Source: Okamejei kenojei
Lineage: Eukaryota
Assembly (NCBI GenBank): GCA_035221665.1
Contig: CM069163.1
Coordinates: 11,904,001-11,968,000, forward strand
Length of the DNA: 64,000 nt
Direction of reading: 5' to 3'
Within the stretch, counting starts at the first letter, position 1; each line of letters opens with the position of its first letter. Made by a program: the position numbers and the translations under genes. Below the pieces are notes generated by a model that was given only the letters and a program-made list of their open reading frames with translations, made no database searches and was not told the DNA's origin. Of this stretch, positions 49,910-61,900 are shown in pieces.

Positions 49910-52900
49910 TCGTCCATTGTCGCTTCTCCATTGGCCCAATCCATGTGTGGTCGCCTCGTCCAGTACTCCTTCTCCATCGTCCTTCAGCCATGTGGCCCTC
50001 GCCATGTTCACTCTGTCCAGTCTCCTTCTCCATGTTGCCCCTCCATTTTCCCCCTCCTTGCCACATGCTCATGGCACATTACTCCATTTTCCCCCTCCTT
50101 GGGGCCTTCTCTCAGTGTTCCCCTGTACATGCGCCCCGTGCGCCAGTTGGTCCCTCCCATTTTCCCTCTCCAGGTTGCCCGCTCCATGTTTCCATGTCTC
50201 CCTTGGCCCGCGCCATTGGCCTCTCCAGTTTCCTTCTCCATTTTCCTTCTCCATGTTTCCCCTTTCCATTTGCCTTCTCCAGTCCCTCTCCATTGTGCCC
50301 GCTCCATGTTTGCCGTCGCCATGTTGCCCTCGCCATTTGTCCCTAGCCATTTACCCTTCTCCTTATTCCGCCTCCATGGTCCTCGTCTCTCAGGTTCCCC
50401 TTTCCATGGTCCCTCTCCATTCCTCGTCCATGTTCCCTCTCCATGTTCCCCGGTGTCCCATTTTCCCTCTCCATGTTGGCCTGCTCATTTTTCCCTCTCC
50501 ATTTTCCCGCTCCATTTTGCCCTCTCCTTGTCTCACTTCTCGCATTTTCTCCTCTGCCCATTTTCCTGCTCCATTTTCCCTCTCCATTTTCCCTCCATGT
50601 GTCCCTCTTCCCATTGTCCTTTCTCTCTTTTCCTCTCTGCCATTGCCTTCTCCAATTTCCTCTCTCTCATTTTCCCTTTCCTTTGTTCCTCTCCATTTCC
50701 TATCTCTCAGTTTGTCCACCGTTCCATTTTTGCCCTCTCCATGGTTCCCTGCTCCAGTTTGTTTCCCATCCATTTTCCATTCGCCATTTTCCTCTTCTCC
50801 CATTTTCCCTCTTCCAGTTTTCCTTCTACCGATTTTCGCCCCTCCATTTCCCCCTCCATTGCCCTCTCTCCATTTCACTTCGCCATGTTCCCCACTCCAT
50901 GTTCACTTATCGCTCATTGCCCTCTCCAGTGTCGCCTTTCGCTCAGTTGCCCTCTCCATTTCCCTCTCCATTTTCCCGCTCCCAGGTTTTTTCTCTTGCG
51001 TCCCTTTTCCCTCTCCATTTTTCCTCCTCCATTTTCCCTCTCCATTGTCCTTCTCCATTTTCCTTCTCGCATTGTCCCTCTCCATTTCCGTTCGCTCATT
51101 TTCCCTCTCACTTTGCGCCCTTTCTCTCATTTTTCCCTCTCCATTCTCCTTCGCCATTGTCCCTCTCCCCATTTTTCCTTCTCCATTTGCCCTTCCCCAT
51201 TGGCCTTTTTTTCTCTCATTGGCCTGGCCTCATGTCCCTCTCCATTGTGCCCTGTTGTCTCGCATTTTCCCTCGCCATTGTCCTTTCTCTGCAAACTGTC
51301 CCTTCCGATTTTCCCTGCTCCATTTTCCTTCTCTCATTTTCCCTCCTCCATTTCCTTTTCTCTCGTCACGTGTCCCTCCTCCATTTCACTTCTCCTCATG
51401 TTTGTCCCCTCGCCATTATTTCCTTTCTCGCATTGTCCATCTCCGATATTCCGCTGTTTTCTCATTGTTCCCATGTGCCCGGTCGCGCATTGTCAATCCC
51501 ATTTTCCGTTCTCTCAGTCTCCATCTCGCAATTTTCCTTTCTCCATTGTGCCCTTTCCGATTTTCACTTCTCTCAGTTTCCAGTCTCCATTTTCCTTTCT
51601 CTCCTCTTTCCATCTCCATTTTCCTTCCTCTCATTTCCAGTCTCCATTTGCCTTTCGCACCTCATTTGCCCATGTTCAACACATTGATCCTTGCTCGTCA
51701 TTTCCCCTTGCCTACTTTTCCTTTCGTCTTCATGTCCCCTCGCCATGTGTCCCTTTCTCCTCAAATTTGTCCCCTCTCCATTTCCTTCCCATCATTTGCC
51801 GCTGCTCTCATTTTCTTTCGCTCATTTGCCCCTCTCCCCAGTTTCCTTTCTCTCAGTTTCCATTGTCCTTTCTCTCATTTCTCACCTCTCCATGTTCCTT
51901 CTCTCATTTTCCGCTCTCCATAGCCGTGCTCTTTCTCCCTCCGCCCATTTTTCCGTTCCCTCATTCTCGCGCTCTCCATTTTCCTGTCTCTCATAGCCCT
52001 CTCCATTTTCCTTTCTCTCATTCTCCCTCTCCATTTTCCTTTCTCCGTCAGTTTCACTCTCCATTGTCCCTGTTCTCTCCATTTTCCACTCTCCATTTTG
52101 CCTTACTCTCATTTTCCCTCCCCATTGCCTTTGCTCTCATTTTCCATTGTCCTTTCTGCCTCATTTGAACCCTCCCCACTTGTGCCTTGTCTCTGTCTCC
52201 CTCTCCATTTCCTTTCTCTCAATTTTCCCCTCTCCATTTTCCGTTCGTCCAGTTATCCCTTTCCCGATTTTCCTTTCTCTTGTTTCCCTCCATTTTCCTT
52301 TCTCTCCTTCTCCCTCTCCATTTTGCCTTTCTCTCATTTTCCCTCCCCCATTTTCCTTTCTCTCATGCTCCTTTTTCCGTTCCGCTCATTCTCCCTCTCC
52401 ACTTTCATGTCGCTCTTGTGCTCCCTCCATTACTTTCTCTCTCTTGGCTCCCTCTCCATTTGCCTTTCTCTCCTTCTCCGCTCTCCCTTGGTCCTTGTCG
52501 CGTCAATGTTCCCCTCTGCCAGTTTGCCGGTTCGCTCATTGTCCCTCTCCATTTGTCCGTTCTCTCATTCTCCCCCTCCAGTTTCGCTTTCTCTCATTCT
52601 CCCTCTCCATTCTCCTTTCTCTCTCCTTCTCCCTCGCCATTTGCCTTTCGCTCCATTCTCCCTCTCCATTTCCTTTCTTCTTATTTTCCCTCTCCATTTT
52701 CCTTTTCGCTCAGGTGTTCCTCCCGCCATGGGTACGTCCGCTCATCGCCCTCCCCAGTTTCCTTTCTCTCATTTCTCCCTCTCCATTTCCCTTACTTTCT
52801 CCCTCTGCCATTTTAGCTTTCTCTCATCTCCCTCTCCATTTTACTTTCCTCTCATGCTCCTTCTCCATTTCATTGCTCTCATTTTCCCTCTCCATTTTCC

Positions 52901-55900
52901 TGTTCTCTCCCGTCTCCCCATTTGACATTTGCCAGTGCGCCCGCTCCAGTGTACTTTCGCTCATTCTCCCTCACTCCATTTTCCGTTCCCTCATCTCCCT
53001 CTCATTTTCCTTTCCTCATGTTTCCCTCCCCTTTTGCCAGTGTCCTTGCTCGCCTCTCCATTGTTACTTTCTCCTGCAGTTCTCCTCTCTCCATTGTACG
53101 ATTCTCGCAGTTCTCCCTCTCCATTATCCCGTTCTGCTGCGCTCCCTCTCCATCGTACTTCCCTCATTCTGTCCCTCGCCAGTTTTCCTTCTCTGTGCAC
53201 CCCTCTCCATGTTACACTTTCTTGCATGTCTCCCTCTGCATTTTCCTGCTCTTCTCTCCCGCTCCACTTTATCACCTCATTCTCCCTCTCCATATTCCTT
53301 TCTCTCCCTCTGTCCATTTTTCAGCTTTCGCTCAGTTCCCACCGCTCCATGTTCCTTTCTCTCATCTTCCCTCTTTCCCCTTCTCGCATCTCCTCCCATT
53401 TTCCTTTCTATCCCACTCCCCCCCTCCAGTGGTCCGAGTCTCTCTCCGTCTCCCAGTTTCCCTTTCGTCTCTCATTCTCTCTCTTCCCATGTTCCTTTGC
53501 GCTCTCAGTGTCTCCCTCTCCATTGTCCCGTTCTCTCAATCGCCCTCGCCAGTTTACGTTTCTCGCATTCTCCCTCTCCATTTCCTTTCCCCATTCTCCC
53601 TCTCTATTTCCGTTCTCTCATTGTCCCTCTCCATTGTCCTTCTCTCATTCTCCCTATCCATGGGTAGACTTTCTCTGCATGCTACCCTCGACCGGTTCCT
53701 TTCTCTCATTCCTCCCCTCCAGTTTCCCTTCTCTCTTTCTCCCTCTCCATTTTCCTGTTCTGCTCAGTGGCTCCTCTGCCATAGTCCTTCTCTCATTTCC
53801 CGGCTCCATTCTCCTTTCTCTCAGTTTTCCCTCCCCATGGCCGAGGCGCCAGGGGTGCCGGTCGCTGCAATGTGTGCCAATTGGCCTTGCGCTCATTTCC
53901 CTTCTCCATTGTCCTTTCGCTTTCTCCCTCTCCATTTTCCCTGAGGCTCGTCATTGTTCCCCTCCCCAAGTGTCCTGGCGTGCTCCAGTTTTCCCTCGCC
54001 CAAGATTACTTTCTCTCAGTCTCCCCCTCATTTTACGTTCTCCTGTCTCCCTCTCCATTTTCCTTTCTCTCCATCTCCATTTTCCTTTCGCTCAGTCGCC
54101 CTCTCCACTTTCCTTTCCTGTCTCCTTCCATTTTAGCTTTCTACGCATTCTCCCTCGCCCATTTCCTTTCTCGCCTTCTCCCTCTCCAGTTTTCCTTTTC
54201 TCTTCATTTATCCCGCGCCAATTTACTTTCTCAGTGCTCCCCATCCCATTGTGCCTTGTCATTCTTGCTCCCTCCTCCATGGTTACTTTCTCTCATTCTC
54301 CCTCCCAGTGTGTGTAACTCCTCAGTTACCCTCTCCTATTTGTCCTTTCTCGTCCCTCTCCATTTCCTTTCTCTTCTCATTCTCCCTGCGTCATTGCCCT
54401 GTGCTCGCCTGTCCCTCCCCTGCCCCCTTTTTCTCATTCTCCTCTCTCCCATTTGGTCCCGTTCTGCTCATTCTCCCTCCAGTTTCCTTCTCTCATTCTC
54501 CCAGCTCCATTTTTCCCTTTCTCTCGAGTCTCCTCTCTGCCATGTACCTTTCTCTGCATGCGACCTCGCCAATTTCCTTTCTCTCCCACTCCATTGTCCT
54601 TATCTGCATTCGCCCCTCTCCATTTTACTCTCTCTCATTCGTCTCCTCCATTTTCTACTCTTCTCTCAGTCTCCCTCGCATTCTTCTGTGTTCGTCTCAT
54701 TCGTCCCGCGTCCAGGTGGTACTTTCTCGCCTCTCCCCTCGCCATTTTACCTTTCTCTCCCTGCTCCAAATTCCATGTCTCTCATTCTCCATTGTTCATT
54801 TGCCTCTCTTCTTCCCTTCCATTGCCCCTTTGCTCTCATTCTCTCCTCTCCATTTTCCTTTCTCTCCGCTCTCCATTGTCCTGGTCTCTCATGCTCCCTC
54901 TCCAGTTGTCCTTTCCTCTTTGTCTCCCTCTTCCATTTTCACTTTCTCTCATGTCGTCCCTCTCCAATTGTCCTTTCCTCACCCTCTCCAGTTTTCATTT
55001 CTCTCAGTTGTCCCCTCGTCCATTTTTCCTTTCTCCTTTCTCCCTCACCATTGTTACTTGTCCTCATTCTCCTTCTCCATGTCCTGGTGGCTCATTGCCC
55101 TCGTCCATTTCATTTCTCTCCCTCCATTTTCCTTCTCTCATTCTCCACTCTCCATTTTCGCTGTCCCTCAGTCTCCCCTCCATTTCCTTTCGCTCATGCT
55201 CCCTTCTCCATTTTCCTTTCTCCATTCGCCGCTCCTCCATTTTCCGGTGTCTCTCATTCTCCCCTCTCCAGTTGTCCTTTCTCACAGTCGTCCCTTTCCA
55301 TTTGCCTTCGCTCAGTCAGCCCGCTCCCAGTTGCCTTTCGCTCGTCAATGCTCCCTCTCCAATTTGCCCTTTCATCGCATTCTCCCTCCATTGTCCATTC
55401 TCATCATTCTCCCCCATTTTCGCTTTCTCTCATGTCCTCCCTCGTCCATTTCCGTATCGACATCTCCCTCTCCGAATTCCTTCATCTCATTCTCCCGCTC
55501 CATTTTCCTCTTTCTCTCATTCTCGCCTCGCCAGGTTCCTCTGTCTCTCATGCTCCTCTCCCCATTTTCCCTTTTCGTCTCCTCCCATCTCTGTACCGTT
55601 TCTCTCCAGTAATCCCTCTCCATTTACGTTCTCTTCATTTCTCCTCGCTCCATGTCCTTGCTCGCATTCTCCCTCCCATTTTCCTTTCTCTCTCTCTCCA
55701 TTTTTCCTTTCGCTCATTCTCCCTCCGTCCATTTTCCGTGCTCTCAGTGCGCCCTGCTCCATGTGGCTGTCTCAGTGTCTCCCTCCATTTTCCGTTCTCT
55801 CATTTTCCCCGTCCCCCTCACATTTTCCTTCTCTCATTTTCCCGCGCCCGTCCGTTTCCTTTCGGCTCATTCTCCCTCTCCATTGTCCTGTTCTCTCCCG

Positions 55901-58900
55901 CCAAATGTTGTTCATTTCTCTCATGCTCCCGCTCCAATTTTCCCTTGCGCGCATTTGCCCCCTCCATTTTCGCTTTCTCTCTTTTTTTGTCCGTCTCCAT
56001 TTTACTTTCTCTAAATTTCCCACCCTCCATTTTCCTATTTTCTCAGTCTCCCTCTCCATGATTCCTGTGCTCTCATTCATCCCTCTCCATTTTCCTTTCT
56101 CTTGCCCCCGTCTCATGTTAATTCTCTCTCATTCTCCCTCCCATTTCCATTCGCTCATTGTTCCCTCCCCATTTGGCCTTTTCTCTGCATTTTCCCTCCC
56201 TCATTTTGCCTTTCGCTCATGTGTCCTCTCCACTTTCCTTTCTCTTCTCTCATTCATTGACTACCTCATTCTCCCTCTCCATTTCCCTTTCTCGTCCTAT
56301 CTCCCTCTCCATTTCCTTTCCTCCTCATTCCTCCCTATCCATTTTCCTTTCTCTCATTTCCTCTCCATTCTCCTTGCGTCTCCTTCGCCCTCTCTCCAAG
56401 GTGTCCGTTTCTCTCATTCTGCCGCTCTCCACTTGTCCGGTCGCTGTATTGGTTCCCTCTCCAGTTTTCCTTTCGCTCGATTTTGGCCGCCCTCGCATTT
56501 TACTTTCTCTCATTCTCCCTCCCCATTTTCCGTTCTCTCATTCTCCCTCGCCATGTGCCCTTTCTTTCTCCCGGCTTCCATTTACCTTTCGCTGCATTCT
56601 CCCTCTCCATTTTACTTGTCTCGTCCAGCTCCTTCTCCATTTTCCGTTTCGCTCTTTTTGCCCTGCCTCCATTATGCGCCTTTCATCTCCTATTCTCTCC
56701 ATTTGAGCTTCTCCATTCTCCCTCTCCATTTTACCATTCTCATCAATTTTCCCTCTCCATTTGCCTTCCCCTCATTTCTCCCTCCAGTTGCCCGTTCCTC
56801 TCAGTTTGCCCTCTCCATGTTTCCTTGTCGCTCCCTCTCCATTTTACGTGCTCTCATTCTCCACTCGCCATTGAGCCTTGCTCGGCCGCCCGCTCCACTG
56901 TGACCGCCTCAGGCTGCCCTCGCCAAAGGCCTTTCTCTGCCCTCTTCCATTTCCGTTTCTCTCATTCCCGCCGTCGCCATGTTGTCCGGTTCGCTCATCT
57001 TTCCCTCTATTCCCGCTTTCTCTCAGTCATACCCTCTCACATTTTTCCCCTTTCTATCCACACTCCCCCCCTCCCTTTCCGTGTCTCCTCCCTCTCCAGG
57101 TTTCCGTTGCGCTCCATTCTCTCTCTGCCATTTTTCCTTCTCGCATTCTCCCCTCCATTTTCGCTTTTCTCTCAGTCTCGCCTCTCATTTTAACTGTCTC
57201 TGCATTCTTCCCTCTCCATGTTTCACTTTCTCTCCATTCTCCCTCTCTATGTTTTCCTGTCTCGTTCAAGTCGTCCCGCTCCATTTTCCTTTTCTCTCAT
57301 CGTCCACTCTCCGATTGTACTTTCTCTCATGTTCCCTCTCCCACTTTCCTTTCTCGCATTGTTCCCTCTCGCAGTTTCCTTTGGCGCTCATTTTCCCTCT
57401 CCAGTCTCCTTTCTCGCATGTCCCTCCCATTTTTCCTGTCGCAATGTTCCTTCTCTCAATTGCCATGTTTCTCTTCTTCTCATTTCACCCCTCCATGGTG
57501 CCTTCTCTTTCTCCCTCCTCCATTTTCCGTTCTCTCATTTTCCCTCCCCGATTTTCAGTCTCTCATTTCGCCTCGCCAATTTACTTTCCTCATGTCTCCC
57601 CCTCCATTTAGCTTTCTCCCTCGCCCTCTCATTTTCCTTTCTCTCCCTGCGCCATGTGCCTTCGCTCATTGCTCCCTCTCCACTTTCCTTGCTCTGTTGC
57701 TCCTTCCCATTTTACTTTCTCTCAGTCTCCCTCTCCATTTTCCTGTGCGCTGCCGGAGCCCCTCGCCCATGGCCATTTCGTCTCATGTTTCCCTCTCCCA
57801 TTTTAACTTTCTCAACTCTCCACATCCATTTTCCGTTCTCTGTCTCCCTGCTCCAGTTTACTTTCTCTCATGTCTCCCTCTCCATTTTTCCCTTCGATAC
57901 ACTTCTCTCCTTCTCCCCCGCTCCATTTTCCTGTTCCCCCTTTTTCTTCACCCCTTTTCAGCTCTATTTGTTTTGATTCCAGCAAAATTCCGACGGTCGG
58001 CTCTCCCGAACGCCTCTCTCTGTGTCTTCTCCATCCCTACTCCATTTCCTTTCTCGCAGTGTCTCCCTCCCAGTGTTCCGGGCCTCTCATTGCTCCCTTC
58101 GCACATGTCCGGTCTCTCAGGCTCCCGTCGCCCATTTTCCTGATCTCTCATTCTCCCTCTTCATTTGCCTTTCTCGCCCACTCCAGGGTCCTTGTATCTC
58201 AGTCGCCCTCGTCCATTTTACGGTCTCTCATTCTTCCGCCTCCATTGTCCTTGTGCTCTCATGCTCCCGCCATGCTAACTTTGCTCTCAGTCTCCCTCCA
58301 GTGTCGCTTTCGCTCATTCTTCCCACGCCACTGTACTTCTCCCACTCTCCCTCCTCCACGTTCCTGCTCTCCGTGCTCCAAAATTCCTTTCTCTCATGTG
58401 TCGCCCATTTTCCTTTCTCTCTTCTCCCTCCATGGCCCCATGGTCTCGCAGTGCGCCACGCTGCCAGTTTTCCTGTCTCTCGCACTCCCCCCCTCCAGTT
58501 TTCCATTTGCTCTCCCTCGCCATGTTTCCTTTCTCGCATTCTCCCTCGTCCTGTTTCCTTTCGCTGTCCGCCTCTTCTCATTGCACTGTCTCTCAGTCTC
58601 CCTCTCAAGTGTTCCGTTTCTGCACCCTCTCCAGTTTTCCGTTCTCTCAGTGGTCCCCTCTCCATTTTCCGTTCTCGGTTCATCGCCTCTGCCAGTTTTA
58701 CTTCTCTCATGCTCCTGCTCCATTTTCCTTTGTCTCAGTGGTTCCCTCTCCATGTTTCATTCGCTCCCTCCAGGTTGCCATGTTTCTCTCAGTCGCCCTC
58801 CGCCATGTTCCGCTCCCCTCAGACTCCCTCCATTTTGCCTTTCGCGTCAGGCGCCCTCCCAGTTTCAGTTCTCCTGCATTCATCCCTCTACATTTCCTTT

Positions 58901-61900
58901 CTCTTTGTTTCCCTCACCATTTGCCTTTCTCTCATTGTTCTACTGTCCAGTTACCTTCTCTCATTCCCCTCTCCATTGTTCCTTTCCGTCTCTCCCGCTC
59001 CCATTTTTCCTTTTCAACATTCTCCCTTTCCATTTGCCTTTCTCGCATTCTCCCTCTCCATTGTTCCTTTCTCTGAGTATCCCTCCTCCATTGTCCTGTC
59101 TCTCATTCTCCCTCCATTTCCTTCTCTCATTCTCCGCTCCATTTCCTTTGCTCCATTCGTCCCTCTCAAGTTTTCCCTTCTCTCATTCGCCCCCTCGCAA
59201 GTGGCCTGTTCTCTCATTCTCCCTCTTGCCATTTTCCTTGTCTGCTCATTCTCCCTCCCCAGTTTTCCCTTCTCGCATCTCCCTCCCCTTTTCCTTTCGC
59301 TCTGCTCCCTCTCTTTAACCTTTCGCTCATTCGCCCTCTCCAATTTGACTTTCTCGCATTCTCCCTCGCCATTTCCGTTCTCTCATGTCGCCCCTCTCCA
59401 TTTTCCTTTCTCTCTATCGCCAGTTTTCCTTTCTCTCAGTTCTCCCTCTCCATTTCCTTTCTCTCATCTCCCCTTCTCCATTGTTCTCTCATTCTCCCAC
59501 TCCAATGGCCTTTCTCTTCATTTTCTCCGCTCCAATTTCCCCTTTGCTCTCATTTTCCCCCTCCATTTTCCTTTCTTCTCTCATTCTCCCTCTCCATGTT
59601 CCTTTTTCGCTCTCCTCCCATGTTTGTCCTTTTCTTCTCATTCCTCCCTCTCCAGGTTACCGTTTCTCGTGCATTTTTTCCCCCTCCATTTTCCTGTCTC
59701 GCTTTGGCCCCTCTCCATTTTACTTTTTTCGTGTCTCTAAATGTCCCCCCTCCAGTAGCCGTTTACTCATTCGCCCTCCCATTTCCTTCTCGGCAATCCT
59801 CCGCGTTCCACGTGGCCATTTCGCTGCCCCCGTACCATGTGAATTTCTCTCATTCATCCCCTCTCCATTATTCCTTTCTCTCATTTTCCCTCTCCATTTT
59901 CCTTTCTCTCATTTTCCCTCCCCCATTTTCCCTTTCGTCTCATATCCCTCTCCATGTTGACTTCTCTCATTTTCCCTCTCCAATTTGACATTCTATCATA
60001 TCTCCCCCTCCAGTTATGAGTCGCCTTCTCCCTCTGCCAGTATTCCTTTCGTCACCCGCTCCAGTATTCCTTTCTCTGCAATTTACCCCCCTCTCCTCTA
60101 CTTTCTCGTCATTTTCCCTCGCCAATTACTTCTCTCTCATTCGCCCCCTCCATGTTAACTTTCTCCTTCTTCCATCTCCATTTTTCCTTCTGCTCCCTCT
60201 CCATGGTCCTTGCTCTCATTCTCCCTCTCCACTTGTGCCCGTATGTTGTCTACTTCTCCTTGCCAAGTTACTTTCTCATCATTCTCCCTCTCCATCTTTC
60301 CGGTCTCTCCGGCTCCCTCTCCATTTTTCCGTTCTCTCATTCTCCCTATCTTTTTCCATTTCTCTCATTTTCTCCTCTCCATTGGCACTTCTCCTCATGG
60401 GCCCGTCTCCCTTTTTCCTTCTCTCATTCTCCCACTCCATTTTCCTTTCTCTCATTTCTCCCTTCTCCATTCTCCTTTCTCTCCTTCTCCCTCTCCTTCG
60501 GGCCCTTTCGCTCATTAGCCCGCTCCGATGGGCGCTGTCGCTTATTTCCCTGCTCCATTGTCCTTGTCTCTCATTTTCCCCCCCATGTTACGTTCTCTCA
60601 TTCGCCCTCCCCATGGTCCTTTCTCTTCAGTCTCCCTCTCCAGTTGTCCCTGTCTCCTGGTCCCGCGCCAGGTGGACTTGTCTCTCATTCTCCCTCTCCA
60701 GTGTACTTTCTCTCATTCGTCCACTCTCATTTTCCGTTTCTCTCATTTGCCACTGCTCCATGTTTCCTGTGCTCTCCCCTCTCCATTTTACGTTCTCTCA
60801 GTCTCCCTCTCCATTTTACTTTCTCTCATTCGACACCTCTCCCATTTTCCTTTCACCTCATTCTCTCCTCTCTGTTCCTTTCTCTCATTTTTCTCCTCTC
60901 CATTGTCCTTTCGCGCCCCTCGCAATTTACTTTCTCGCAATTCTCCCCTCTCCTTTTACTTTGCTCCATTCTCCCCTCGGCCATTATCCTTTCTGCTCTC
61001 TCCCACTCCAATGCGTTACTTCCTCAATTCACCCTCTCACATTTTTCCTTTCTCTTCACCCCCCTCTCCATTTTCCCGTTCTTCTCAGTTCTTCCCTCCA
61101 TGCCCCTTTCTCTGTCATGCCCCTCTCCATTTTCCTTCTCTTCACTGCCCCTCCCTCCATGTTTCCCCTTTCTCTCCCTCTCCATTTTCCTTTCTCTCAT
61201 TCTCTCTCGCCATTTTCCGTTCCGCTCAGTCTCACTTCCATTGTCCGGTCTCTGCATGTCTCCCTCTCCGATTTTACGTTTCTCCATTCTCCCTCCCATG
61301 TTTCCTTTGCGTCCCATGCTCCCTCTCGCAGTTCCTTCTCTCATTCTGCCCTCTCCATTTTCTTGCTCTCATTTCGCCCTCGCCAGGGTACGTTCTCGCA
61401 GGCGACCTTCGCCATTGGCCTTTCTCTCATTTCTCCCTTCTCCATTTTCACGGCTCTCAGGTCGCCCGCGCCATGTGCCTTTCTCTCCAGTTTCCCTCTC
61501 CAATGTTACTGTTCTCCTGCCTTTCCTTCTCCCCATTCTTCCCTTTCTCTCATTTGCCCTCCCCATGGTTCCGTTCTCATTTTTCCTTTCTCGCATTGGC
61601 CATTTTTCCTTGCTCTCAGTTTTCCCCCTCGACATGTTTCCGTTCTCTTTCTCCCTTCGTCCAGTTTCCTTTCTCTCATTTTCCCACTCTCCACGTTCCT
61701 TTTCTATCATTCTCCCTTGTGCCATTTTCCTTTCTCTTATTCCCTCCATGTTCCTTTCCTCGTTCTCCCATCTCATTGTTGCCCTTCTCTGCTCAGTTTC
61801 CCCTCCCCCCATGTTCCTTGCGTCTCTCATTTTCCCTCCCCACTGTTCCGTTCGCGTCATGCTCCCCTCCAAGTTTCAGCTTGTAGGTTGGGGGGGGGGG

